Positions 1 to 9,127 are shown, counted from the stretch's first letter. The stretch: DNA of 32,000 nt from Candidatus Electronema halotolerans (GCA_942493095.1 OW818675.1:1410001-1442000); one strand, 5' to 3'. Made by a program: numbers and translations. Notes: generated by a model not told the origin, from the letters alone.

Positions 1-1409
1 GTGCGGTATTCCCAGTCGCAGACCAGGCCGCCGTCCTGCTCTGTCATGCTCAACGAGAGATCAGACTTGGCGATTTTGTAATCCGGCTTGAGCAGGGTCA
101 GTTTCGCCCCGCCCAGCACCAGCTCTTCCTGCGGCGTGTTCTGAAGGGAGAACATGACCTGAAAAAGCGGCGCATGACTCATGCTTCGGGCCGGATTGAG
201 CTGCTCCACCAAATAATCAAAAGGAATATCCTGATGGTCGTAGGCTTCAAGCGCGGTCCGGCGCACCTGCCGCAGGAGATCAAGGAAGCTCTGCCTGCCG
301 TCAATCCGGCTGCGGAGGACCAAGCTGTTGACAAAAAAGCCGATCAGCCCTTCGGTCTGGGAATGGGTGCGGTTGGCAATGGGGCTGCCCACAGCCAGAT
401 CATCCTGACCGCTCCAGCGGTGCAGCAGGATATTAAAGGCGGCCAGCAGGGTAATGAAGAGCGTTGCCCCCTGCTCGCGGCTGATCTGCTTGATTTTTCC
501 GGTCAGCTCCTGATGCAAGCTGCTGCGCAGATGTCGGCCCTCGGTGCCCATGACCGGCGGACGCGGAAAATCTGTAGGCAGTTCGAGCAGCTCCGGCAGC
601 CCGACGAGCTGATTGCGCCAATAGGTGAGCTGGTCTGACAAAATGCCCTGCTCCAGCCATTGCCGCTGCCAGGCCGCATAGTCGCTGTACTGAATCGGCA
701 GTTCCGGCAGTTCCGGCTCCTGGCCCGCTGCCAAGGCATTATAAATCTCCTTCCACTCCCGGATCAGCACCCCGACCGACCAGCCGTCGCTGATGATGTG
801 GTGCATGTTGAAAAGGAGCATCTGCCGCCCGTTGCTCAGATTCAGCAGATGCAAATCCAGCAGCGGGCCGCTGCTCAGGTCAAAATTCAGCCGGGCATGT
901 TCGCTGATGAGTTCATGAATCCGCCTGTCCTGTTCCGACTCAGGCAATGTGCTGAGATCGCTGACATGGAGCGGATTATACGCCTCGAATACGCGGGCGG
1001 TCGCTTGGCCGTCAAGGTTCGGAAAGCAGGTGCGCAGGTTCTCGTGCCGCTCAATCAGGGCAAGCAAGGAGGCGGCGAGCAGTTTTTCGTCCAGCCGCCC
1101 TTTGCAGTCAAAGACGGCGGGAATGTTATATACAGCCTCCTCCTCCTCCAACTGCTCCAGAAAAAGCAGCCGCTGCTGGGCAAAGGATATCGGAGCTGTT
1201 TCTTCTTTGGCAAGACGGAGAATGGGCTGCTCAAACAGGGTCTTGCGCCGGAGAAAATTGAGAATTTCTTCTTTGCGCTCAGTCAGCTCGGTGCGCAGTT
1301 GCTCATTCAGAGTGCCTTTTGGAGCCTTGAAACGCAACCGCCCGTTTTCAGACCAGATTTCTATGTGGAGCCGCTTCAGGTCAACAAGAAAATCTTCCAG
1401 ATGCCTCAC
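1..1409 (-). CDS. Non-ribosomal peptide synthetase, 5' portion only (TubC-like N-terminal docking domain + condensation domain); continues beyond the left edge
   Basis: Not in the ORF track because it has no in-window stop; I translated the minus strand by hand. It starts at GTG (1409-1407). The translation reads (M)RHLEDFLVDLKRLHIEIWSENGRLRFKAPKGTLNEQLRTELTERKEEILNFLRR, which fits the docking-domain pattern L..L...IE.W.E.G.LR..APKG.L. It continues ISFAQQRLLFLEQLEEEEAVYNIP ... LLFNMHHIISDGWSVGVL (C-domain HHxxxDG motif). The frame is open to position 3. The plus-strand ORFs 174-638 and 660-1802 are its antisense shadows. Confidence 0.85.
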   Translation of the reverse strand, partial: MRHLEDFLVDLKRLHIEIWSENGRLRFKAPKGTLNEQLRTELTERKEEILNFLRRKTLFEQPILRLAKEETAPISFAQQRLLFLEQLEEEEAVYNIPAVFDCKGRLDEKLLAASLLALIERHENLRTCFPNLDGQATARVFEAYNPLHVSDLSTLPESEQDRRIHELISEHARLNFDLSSGPLLDLHLLNLSNGRQMLLFNMHHIISDGWSVGVLIREWKEIYNALAAGQEPELPELPIQYSDYAAWQRQWLEQGILSDQLTYWRNQLVGLPELLELPTDFPRPPVMGTEGRHLRSSLHQELTGKIKQISREQGATLFITLLAAFNILLHRWSGQDDLAVGSPIANRTHSQTEGLIGFFVNSLVLRSRIDGRQSFLDLLRQVRRTALEAYDHQDIPFDYLVEQLNPARSMSHAPLFQVMFSLQNTPQEELVLGGAKLTLLKPDYKIAKSDLSLSMTEQDGGLVCDWEYR

Positions 1410-4400
1410 AGCTCACCTTCCTCCATTTCAGCGACTGCATCGCTTTCTTCAGCAACGGCAAGCAGCCGGGCCAGTTCGCTCACTGTGGGCAGGGCGAAAA
1501 GCTGCCGCAGGGACAGCTCTGCGGCAAAGGCGGTGCGGATGCGCGAGACCAATTGCGTGGCTAAGAGCGAATGGCCGCCGAGATCAAAGAAGTTGTCATG
1601 CACGCCAATCTGCTCTGGCCGCCGCCGGAGCACTTCGGCCCATATCTCGGTCATGCGCTGTTCCTCGTCTGTGCGGGGCGCAACCCGGCTGGGCTGTTCT
1701 GCGGCTTCCACTGACAGGTCTGCCAGCGCACGGTGGTCGAGCTTGCCGTTGCTGGTCAGAGGCAGGGTATCGAGCAGAAGGAAGCCCGCAGGCACCATGT
1801 AATCTGGCAGGCGGCTTCTGAGCTGGCTGCGCAAAACTTCAATCAGGTCAGCAGGCGCCTCTTCGGTCGGGACAATGTACGCCAGTAAACAGGCATTGCC
1901 GTTCTTGTCATCAAGCAGCACCACTGCCTCTCGCACTGCCTCGTGCTCATGCAGAACCGTCTCGATTTCGCCCAGCTCAATGCGGAAGCCGCGCAGCTTG
2001 ACTTGCTGGTCAATCCGACCCAAGTATTCAAGACTGCCGTCAGGCAGCATCCGGGCCAGATCGCCGGTTTTGTAGAGCCGCTCTTGTCTGCCGAACAGCT
2101 CAAGCTCAATGAAGCGGGCTGCGGTCAGCTCTGGCCGGTTGAGATAGCCCCGCGTCACGCCGCCGCCACTGACGTGCATTTCTCCGGGCACCCCGACAGG
2201 CACAGGCTGCTGGTGCGGGTCAAGAATCCAGACGTGGAGATCGGGAATGGGGATGCCTATGCCGCCGCCGTCCTGCTGACAGCCGGTCAGCGGGCAATAG
2301 GTGACATGCACCGTGGTTTCGGTGATGCCGTACATGTTGACCAACTGCGGCTGTGCAGGATCATGGCGGGCGAACCACCGCTCCAGCATCTTGCAGTCAA
2401 GAGCCTCGCCGCCAAAGATGACATAGCGCAGGGCCAAGTCATCAGGCCGGATGTCAACGCTGATGAGCTGGCGGAAGGCGGACGGAGTCTGATTGAGCAC
2501 TGTCACCTGCTCTTTGATCAGGAGCTGATAAAATGCTTCCGGGTCGCGGCTGGTCAAATAGGGCACCACCACCAATTTGCCGCCGCAGAGCAATGCGCCC
2601 CAGATTTCCCAGACTGAAAAGTCAAAGGCATAGGAATGGAACAGTGTCCAGACATCCTGCTCGTTGAAATGATACCAGCTCTCGGTTGCCGTAAAAAGAC
2701 GGCTGATATTGGCGTGCGTCACCAAGCAGCCCTTGGGCTTGCCGGTCGAACCGGAGGTGTAGATCACGTAGGCGAGATTGTCCAGCCCGCTTTGCAGGGC
2801 AGGATTTTCCGCTGAATGGGCGGCTATTGCCTGGCAATCCCGGTCAAAAGTCACGGTGCGGATGCCTTCGGTCAACGGCAGCCGTTCCAGCAGGCAGGAC
2901 TGAGTGAGCAGCACTTGCACGGCGGCATCTTCGAGCATGAACAGCAGCCGTTCCTGCGGATAGTCCGGGTCAAGGGGCAGATAGGCTCCGCCCGCTTTGA
3001 GAATGCCGAGCAAACCAACCAGCATGTCCAAAGAACGGTCAACGCAGATGCCGACTAAACTCTCCGGCCCGATCCCCAGCGTCAGCAGATGATGCGCCAA
3101 TTGATTGGCTTGGCGGTTCAGCTCGTTGTATGTGAGTTGCTCTTCAGCAAAGACAACCGCAATGCTGTCTGGGTGCAACGCAGCTTGGGCCTCAAATTGG
3201 GCAATAACGGTCTGCTTTGCCGGATACTCCACCCGCTCCTGCGCCGAAAAACGCTGGATTTCAGCAGCGGTCAGCAACGGCAGGCGGCAGACTGGCTGTT
3301 CCGGGCGAGCGCAGATGCCTTCCAGCAGCACGGCAAAATGCTCGGCCAAGGCGGCAATGGTTTCAGCTCGGAACAAGTCGGTATCATATTCCCAAGCGCA
3401 GACCAATTCGCCGTTCTGTTCAGCGGCAGTCAGGGTCAGGTCAAACTTGGCAACCTTGTAGTCCGGCTCAGACAGCGACATGTTCAGGCCGCTGAATTGC
3501 GGCTCCTCCACAGACTGGACCAAGAGAAACATGACTTGGAACAGCGGCGCATGGCTCATGCTCCGGGTCGGATTGAGCTGCTCCACCAGATATTCAAAAG
3601 GAATGTCCTGATGGCCGTAGGCTTCAAGGGCGGTCTGCCGCACCTGACCGAGCAGGTCAAGAAAGCTCTGGCTGCTGTCAATTTTGGTGCGGAACACCAA
3701 GGTGTTGACAAAAAAGCCGATCAGCTCTTCGGTCTGATGATGGCTGCGGTTGGCGACAGGGCTGCCCACGGCTAAATCGCTCTGCCTGCTGTAGCGGTGC
3801 AGGAGGACATTGAAGGCGGCCAGCAAGGTCATGAACAAGGTTGCGCCCTGTTCTTGGCTTATTTGCTTAATTTTTTTTGTCACCGCCGCGCTGATTTTGC
3901 TCTTCAGTCGCCGGCCTTGATGGCGCAGCATTGCCGGACGGGGAAAGTCAATGGGCAATTCGAGCAGCTCCGGCATTCCGGCCAGCTTCTCCCGCCAGTA
4001 GGCGAGCTGGGTCGTCAGCACACCCTGTTCGAGCCAGTTTTTCTGCCAGGCCGCATAGTCGCTGTACTGGATGGACAATTCCGGCAGGCGCAGTTCCTGC
4101 TGCTGCACAGCGGTGCTGTAGAGCTGCGACCACTCACGGAGCAGCACCCCCATTGACCAGCCGTCGCTGACTATGTGGTGCATGTTGAGCAGCAGCAGAT
4201 GCTCTGTCGGCCCAATCTTGAGGAGATGCAGGCGCAGCAGCGGGCCGCTTTCCAGATCAAAAGGACGATGCACTGCTTCATCAAGCCACGCATCAAGCCA
4301 GCACTGCTGTTCAGCGGCAGCCAAAGCTGGCAATTCCACCACGGTCAGCGGATCATAAACCGCTGTGCGCTGCACAGTCGCTGCCCCGTTGATTGCTGGA

Positions 4401-7400
4401 AAGCAGACACGCAGGCTTTCGTGCCGCTCAATCAGGGCGAGAAAAGACGAGCGCAGGGCCTGTTGGTCAAGGCTGCCTTCCAGCCGCAGGACAACCGGGA
4501 TATTGTAGGTCGCAGTCCTGCCCTCCAACTGGGCAAGGAACCAGAGCCGCTGCTGGGCAAAGGAAAGTCGCAGCGGCTGCTCCTCCGGCAGCCGGGGTAT
4601 GGTCAGCAGCTTCAGCTCCCGCTGATAGCCGAGCTGTTCGGCCAATGACCAGGCCGCCTCGCTGAGAAAATCTTCCTTATACGCTGTCCGCCAGCTCTCC
4701 GCCACTTGAGCATCAATTTTTTGGTGGGCATGAAATTTGATGTCGCCCAGCATCTTGCCTTCCGCATGAAGGCCGTCGGTCATCCGCTGCCTGCTGTCCT
4801 GATAAGGCTTGAGCATGTCCTGATGCAGCGGCAAATCGAGAACGTCGCAGAGCGTTGCCAAAGTCGGCTGCGGCTGACTGACTAAATCCTCAAATTTCAG
4901 GCAGCACTGTCGTTCTGCCGGGATATCTTGCAAGAAATTGAGAATGTTGTGATTGCAGTGCAGCCAGAGCATTTCCGCCAGTTTGACTGACGAGCCAGAC
5001 TCGGCCAGCTCCGCCAAAGCAGAAGAGTATGGATGGCCGGAAAGGATGCGCTCCATCCGGGCTTTTTCAAAGGAGCGGATCATGCCAAGCGGATGCCGGA
5101 GCAGGTGGATGTACAAGGCATTGTCAAAATATTCCTCAGCCTGCCGTAAAATGGCGGCATCCACGCTGTAGAACGGGGTTTTATCGACCAGCAGCCTGTT
5201 CTTGGCCGCAGTCTGGAGAACCTGATAAAAGGTCTGCACGTCCAGATCGTCTTGTTCATACTCAGTCATCATCTGCCAAGCCTGTTCCGCCGCGCAGCCG
5301 TGCAGCTCCATCAGGGCGCGGACTGTGCCTTGCAGCCAGAAGGCATCATGCTCAGTGCAGCGGGCGGCCCGTTCGCGCAGATCAGCAAAGCCGAGCAGCT
5401 CCAGTTCCGGCGGAGCGAAGAGGCGCGGATGGCCGCCGAGCATGACCCGGAGCAGGGTGGTGCCGGAACGGGGCGGGGCAAGAATGAAAACCGCAGGCGG
5501 ATTTTTTCTGGCCCTGCTGCCCGGCTTGAAGCGGGGTTTCTCGATGAGCCGCTCCAGTTCGGCCAAGTCCGCTGCTGTCACCTTGTGTTGCCGCAGCTCT
5601 GAGCTGCTTTCCGTAGCAGTCCCTTCCAACCGAGCCATCAGGTTGGGATAATGGCTTCTGATGCAGTCAACAAACTTGCTCACTGTCGGCGCGGTAAAGA
5701 GATCATAAATGTGAAAAATTTCCTGCGTCTGCGCATTCAGCTCGTTGATGAAGCGGATGCCGTTGAGCGAATTGCCGCCAATGGCGAAAAAATCATCATG
5801 AATGCCGATGCGCTCCACACCAAGAATTTTCTGCCAGATTGCCGCAATCAGGACTTCCGCCTCGGTCTGCGGGGCGACAAAGCCGGTCCGGGCCGCCGCA
5901 TCCGGTTCCGGCAAGGCTTTGCGGTCAATTTTGCCGTTCACGGTCAGAGGAAAGCTGTCCATGACTATGAAGGCGGCAGGCAGCATGTAGTCAGGCAGCC
6001 GCTCGGCCAGCCAAGCGCGCAGGCTGCGCTCTGCATCGACCAGCGGCGCGGCCAAGGTGAAATAGGCGAGCAGACGGGCATTGTCGCCTTGGCCGAACGG
6101 CATGACCACTGCCTCCTGCACCGCCTCATGCCGGGCTAAAATCGCCTCGACCTCGCCCGGCTCAATGCGGAAGCCGCGAATTTTCACCTGCTGGTCAATC
6201 CGGCCCAGATATTCAAGGCTGCCGTCCGGGAGCTGGCGGGCCAGATCGCCGGTCTTGTAGAGCCGCTGCTTTTGGCCGAACAGCTCGGTTTCAATAAATC
6301 TATCCGCAGTCAATTCAGGCCGGTTGAGATAGCCCCGGCTGACTCCGGCCCCGCCGACAAACATTTCCCCGGCAATGCCGATGGGTAGCGGCTGCTGCTG
6401 CGCATCAAGAATCCAGACCTGCAAATCGGCCAAAGGACGGCCTATGGTGCCGCCTTCCTCCTCGCAGCCGGTCAGCGGGCAATAGGTGACATGCACCGTG
6501 GTTTCAGTGATGCCGTACATGTTGACAAGCTGCGGCCTGCTGTTGCCGTGCCGGTCAAACCAAGGCCTGAGCGCGGCATAATCCAGTGCTTCGCCGCCGA
6601 AAATGACATAACGCAGGGCGAGCCGGTCCGGCTCGCTGTCAGTTTTGATGAGCTGCCGGAAGGCGGAGGGAGTCTGGTTGAGCACTGTCACCTGCTGCTC
6701 AATCAGGAGCTGATAAAAAGCTTCCGGGTCGCGGCTGATCAGATAGGGCACCACCACCAGCCTGCCGCCGTAAAGCAGCGCGCCCCAGATTTCCCAGACT
6801 GAAAAATCAAAGGCATAGGAATGGAACAGGGTCCAGACATCATCCGCCGAAAAATGATACAGCTCCTCGGTCACGGCAAAAAGGCGGCTGACATTCTGAT
6901 GCGTCACCAGGCAGCCCTTGGGCTTGCCGGTTGAGCCGGAGGTGTAGATCACGTAGGCCAGATTGTCCGGCCTGATCTCAATCAGCGAATTTTCGGACGG
7001 AAAAGCGGCGATTCTTGCCTGATCACTGTCCATGCAGAGCGTGACCGCGCTGTGTTCCGGCAGGGCATCCAGCAAACTGCTCTGGGTGAGCAGCACCTTG
7101 ACCCCGGAATCTTCCAGCAGGAAGCGCAGCCGCTCCTGGGGTGCATCCGGGTCAAGAGGGACATAAGCCCCGCCTGCCTTGAGAATGGCAAGCAGGCCGA
7201 TCACCATGTCCAAAGACCGCTCCACGCAGATGCCGACCAAGATTTCCGGCCCGACTCCCATGCTGATCAGGCAGTGGGCAAGTTGATTGGCCTTGTGGTT
7301 CAGTTCCGCATACGTAAGCCGCTGTCCTTCGCAGACTGCGGCAACCCGGTCAGCATGTTTTTCTGCCTGCGCCTCAAACAGGGCAGTAAGAGTGGCGGGC

Positions 7401-8797
7401 GGAGCAAGGGCTTGCTTGCTCTGATTCCATGCGGCAAGCTGTATCTGCTCCGCTGGGCTGACCAAGGGAATTTTGCTGACCAAGGCATCCGCATCAGCCA
7501 GCGCATGTTCTATAATATGGACAAAGCCCTCCCTGACGCGCCTGACCTCGGCTGCATCCAGCCAAGCAAGGTTATAGACAAAATCGACCTGCACATCCGC
7601 ATGATCATGAAATTCCCAGACCGAAATGATCAGCGGATGCTGTTTGCTGTCATTGGTCAGAGTAACGGTTCTTCCTTGGAAAATGCCGGACTCGGTCGCA
7701 TGATCGTGCTTGGCGTAGTTGAACTGAAAATCAAACAGATTCCGCTGACCTGCGCCGTGCAGACCTGCTTCCCGATACAGATCGCCGATGGGCAGCCGCT
7801 GATGGCGGTAATCGGCCTTCAGAGTCCTGCCGATTGCAAGGAGCAGCTCGCGGAAGCTCAGATCAGTGCCGAACCGGAAGCGGGCCGGAATCATGTTGAT
7901 GAACAGGCCGATGGTCTCCTTAAAGGCCGCGCCGCTGCGGTTGAGAATGGGCAGGCCGACTGCCAGCTCGTCCCGGCGGGCGGTGCGGACAAAATAGACA
8001 TACAGGGCACTGAGCATGACATGAAAGGGCGTGGAGCCTGCTTCCTTGGCAAAGGCGACCATCTGGTTGTAAAAAGAACGCTCCAGCCAGAGCACCTGCC
8101 GCTCCGAAGGCAGGCCCCGGTCGGCAGCGCGTAGCTGCTTGGGCTGGAACAGCGGCTCCGGCAGGCTGCGGTACTTGTCCGCCCAATACTGAATATCCTT
8201 GCCGCAGCGCGGTGATGCAGCGTATGCCTGGTCATTTTCAATAAAATCAAGGTACGATGAGAAAAGCCATTCTGAACGGAAAGGCACAGCACCCTCTTGG
8301 AGCAACGTGCTGTAGAGTTTGCCCAGCCTTTTATTGAACAGCGCGATTCCCCAGCCGTCACTGATCAGATGATGATAAACGGAAAAAAATTTGTAATGCT
8401 CCTCATGCACTTTGAGCAGGGCGAAGCGGCACAGCGGCTGCTCATACAGGGGAAAAGGCTGCGTGAACTGCGTCTGCATCCATGCGAGAGCCGCCTGTTC
8501 AGCATCATCTTGCGCCGAAAAATCAAGCAGCGGCACCGGCACGGTTATGTTGTCTGCAAACGTTTGCAGCGGCAGCTCAGAGGGAGATGGCCCAGCCTTG
8601 AGGATCGTCCGCAGGGCATCGTGTCCTGCCGCCATAAACTGCACAGCCAAAGCAAATAGCTCATAATCAACAGCAATGTTGATCTCAACATACGCGCCGA
8701 TGTTGTACAGCGGCACATCCGGGTGCAGCATTTGGTCAAACCAGATTTCACGCTGGGGCGAGGAGAGCGGATGCTGCTGAATTTTTTGCATGTTCAT
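1406..8797 (-). CDS. Bimodular non-ribosomal peptide synthetase, C-A(Thr)-T-sulfotransferase-C-A(Thr)-T
   Basis: The ORF runs 1406-8893 (2495 aa).
- C1 has HHLISDGWG.
- A1 has LAYVIYTSGSTGKPKG, NMYGITETT, YKTGDLAR, GRIDQQVKIRGFRIE and NGKIDRKAL.
- T1 has FFAIGGNSL.
- The sulfotransferase-like insert begins PPAVFILAPPRSGTTLLRVMLGGHP.
- C2 has LSFAQQRLWFLAQLEG and HHIVSDGWS.
- A2 has the same core motifs as A1.
- T2 has FFDLGGHSLLATQL, followed by an acidic tail EESDAVAEMEEGEL.
The hand-read Stachelhaus code is D-F-W-N-I-G-M-V-H-K in both A domains. The first 32 codons of the ORF (MQTHIIQFDYVVIISFFLLV...) look non-native, so I place the start at ATG 8797 (MNMQKIQQHPLSSPQREIW), with 8791 also possible. 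The start is uncertain and no clear SD was seen. Confidence 0.9.
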   Translation of the reverse strand: MNMQKIQQHPLSSPQREIWFDQMLHPDVPLYNIGAYVEINIAVDYELFALAVQFMAAGHDALRTILKAGPSPSELPLQTFADNITVPVPLLDFSAQDDAEQAALAWMQTQFTQPFPLYEQPLCRFALLKVHEEHYKFFSVYHHLISDGWGIALFNKRLGKLYSTLLQEGAVPFRSEWLFSSYLDFIENDQAYAASPRCGKDIQYWADKYRSLPEPLFQPKQLRAADRGLPSERQVLWLERSFYNQMVAFAKEAGSTPFHVMLSALYVYFVRTARRDELAVGLPILNRSGAAFKETIGLFINMIPARFRFGTDLSFRELLLAIGRTLKADYRHQRLPIGDLYREAGLHGAGQRNLFDFQFNYAKHDHATESGIFQGRTVTLTNDSKQHPLIISVWEFHDHADVQVDFVYNLAWLDAAEVRRVREGFVHIIEHALADADALVSKIPLVSPAEQIQLAAWNQSKQALAPPATLTALFEAQAEKHADRVAAVCEGQRLTYAELNHKANQLAHCLISMGVGPEILVGICVERSLDMVIGLLAILKAGGAYVPLDPDAPQERLRFLLEDSGVKVLLTQSSLLDALPEHSAVTLCMDSDQARIAAFPSENSLIEIRPDNLAYVIYTSGSTGKPKGCLVTHQNVSRLFAVTEELYHFSADDVWTLFHSYAFDFSVWEIWGALLYGGRLVVVPYLISRDPEAFYQLLIEQQVTVLNQTPSAFRQLIKTDSEPDRLALRYVIFGGEALDYAALRPWFDRHGNSRPQLVNMYGITETTVHVTYCPLTGCEEEGGTIGRPLADLQVWILDAQQQPLPIGIAGEMFVGGAGVSRGYLNRPELTADRFIETELFGQKQRLYKTGDLARQLPDGSLEYLGRIDQQVKIRGFRIEPGEVEAILARHEAVQEAVVMPFGQGDNARLLAYFTLAAPLVDAERSLRAWLAERLPDYMLPAAFIVMDSFPLTVNGKIDRKALPEPDAAARTGFVAPQTEAEVLIAAIWQKILGVERIGIHDDFFAIGGNSLNGIRFINELNAQTQEIFHIYDLFTAPTVSKFVDCIRSHYPNLMARLEGTATESSSELRQHKVTAADLAELERLIEKPRFKPGSRARKNPPAVFILAPPRSGTTLLRVMLGGHPRLFAPPELELLGFADLRERAARCTEHDAFWLQGTVRALMELHGCAAEQAWQMMTEYEQDDLDVQTFYQVLQTAAKNRLLVDKTPFYSVDAAILRQAEEYFDNALYIHLLRHPLGMIRSFEKARMERILSGHPYSSALAELAESGSSVKLAEMLWLHCNHNILNFLQDIPAERQCCLKFEDLVSQPQPTLATLCDVLDLPLHQDMLKPYQDSRQRMTDGLHAEGKMLGDIKFHAHQKIDAQVAESWRTAYKEDFLSEAAWSLAEQLGYQRELKLLTIPRLPEEQPLRLSFAQQRLWFLAQLEGRTATYNIPVVLRLEGSLDQQALRSSFLALIERHESLRVCFPAINGAATVQRTAVYDPLTVVELPALAAAEQQCWLDAWLDEAVHRPFDLESGPLLRLHLLKIGPTEHLLLLNMHHIVSDGWSMGVLLREWSQLYSTAVQQQELRLPELSIQYSDYAAWQKNWLEQGVLTTQLAYWREKLAGMPELLELPIDFPRPAMLRHQGRRLKSKISAAVTKKIKQISQEQGATLFMTLLAAFNVLLHRYSRQSDLAVGSPVANRSHHQTEELIGFFVNTLVFRTKIDSSQSFLDLLGQVRQTALEAYGHQDIPFEYLVEQLNPTRSMSHAPLFQVMFLLVQSVEEPQFSGLNMSLSEPDYKVAKFDLTLTAAEQNGELVCAWEYDTDLFRAETIAALAEHFAVLLEGICARPEQPVCRLPLLTAAEIQRFSAQERVEYPAKQTVIAQFEAQAALHPDSIAVVFAEEQLTYNELNRQANQLAHHLLTLGIGPESLVGICVDRSLDMLVGLLGILKAGGAYLPLDPDYPQERLLFMLEDAAVQVLLTQSCLLERLPLTEGIRTVTFDRDCQAIAAHSAENPALQSGLDNLAYVIYTSGSTGKPKGCLVTHANISRLFTATESWYHFNEQDVWTLFHSYAFDFSVWEIWGALLCGGKLVVVPYLTSRDPEAFYQLLIKEQVTVLNQTPSAFRQLISVDIRPDDLALRYVIFGGEALDCKMLERWFARHDPAQPQLVNMYGITETTVHVTYCPLTGCQQDGGGIGIPIPDLHVWILDPHQQPVPVGVPGEMHVSGGGVTRGYLNRPELTAARFIELELFGRQERLYKTGDLARMLPDGSLEYLGRIDQQVKLRGFRIELGEIETVLHEHEAVREAVVLLDDKNGNACLLAYIVPTEEAPADLIEVLRSQLRSRLPDYMVPAGFLLLDTLPLTSNGKLDHRALADLSVEAAEQPSRVAPRTDEEQRMTEIWAEVLRRRPEQIGVHDNFFDLGGHSLLATQLVSRIRTAFAAELSLRQLFALPTVSELARLLAVAEESDAVAEMEEGEL
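4630..5520 (-). other. Sulfotransferase-like domain embedded between T1 and C2 of the NRPS (approx residues 1125-1420)
   Basis: A PAPS 5'-phosphosulfate loop-like motif PRSGTT lies at 5456-5473 within NPPAVFILAPPRSGTTLLRVMLGGHPRLFAPPELELL. A later segment YIHLLRHPLGMIRSFEKAR resembles the 3'-phosphate-binding R...S segment of Sulfotransfer_3-type and CurM-type ST domains. The domain is bounded by T1 (GGNSL at about 5771-5795) and C2 (LSFAQQRLWF, 4538-4567). Domain borders are approximate. Confidence 0.7.
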
Positions 8798-9127
8798 TGC
8801 GCTGGTTGTGTTTCGCAGCTGGAGATGCGGTGCCACCAGAAGAAAAAAGCTAATAATTACAACATAATCGAACTGAATTATATGTGTTTGCATTCTTCAA
8901 GTCAAGCAGATTTGTCCGGTGGGCTGTTTTTTTGGTCATGGCTGTCTCACCGCAGACCGGGCGGGGGCGGCGACGCGGCGGCGGTGAAAACGTCCCTTGA
9001 CAAGAAGTGCTGATTGCAGTACTTGTTATATAACAGGTTGCGGTTTCGTTTCAGTCAGCCGCCAACGGAGTGAAAGCGTAATAAATTCACCTTTAAAATA
9101 TTATTCATATTTTTGCCCAGAAAAAAA

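Noticed and set aside
174-8751. Many plus-strand ORFs of 60-380 aa (for example 660-1802, 949-1821, 1943-2617, 3089-3775, 7052-8134) and short minus-strand out-of-frame ORFs inside the NRPS region
   Set aside because: They all lie inside the continuous NRPS reading frames on the minus strand. Their translations are low-complexity Arg/Ala/Gly/Gln-rich strings typical of antisense or off-frame shadows in GC-biased coding DNA. None shows a recognisable motif.
8798-8893. N-terminal 32-codon extension of the NRPS ORF (MQTHIIQFDYVVIISFFLLVAPHLQLRNTTSA)
   Set aside because: It is hydrophobic and unlike any NRPS N-terminus, and the C-domain homology begins right after Met33/Met35. It is probably untranslated, although I cannot exclude it because no clear SD precedes either start.
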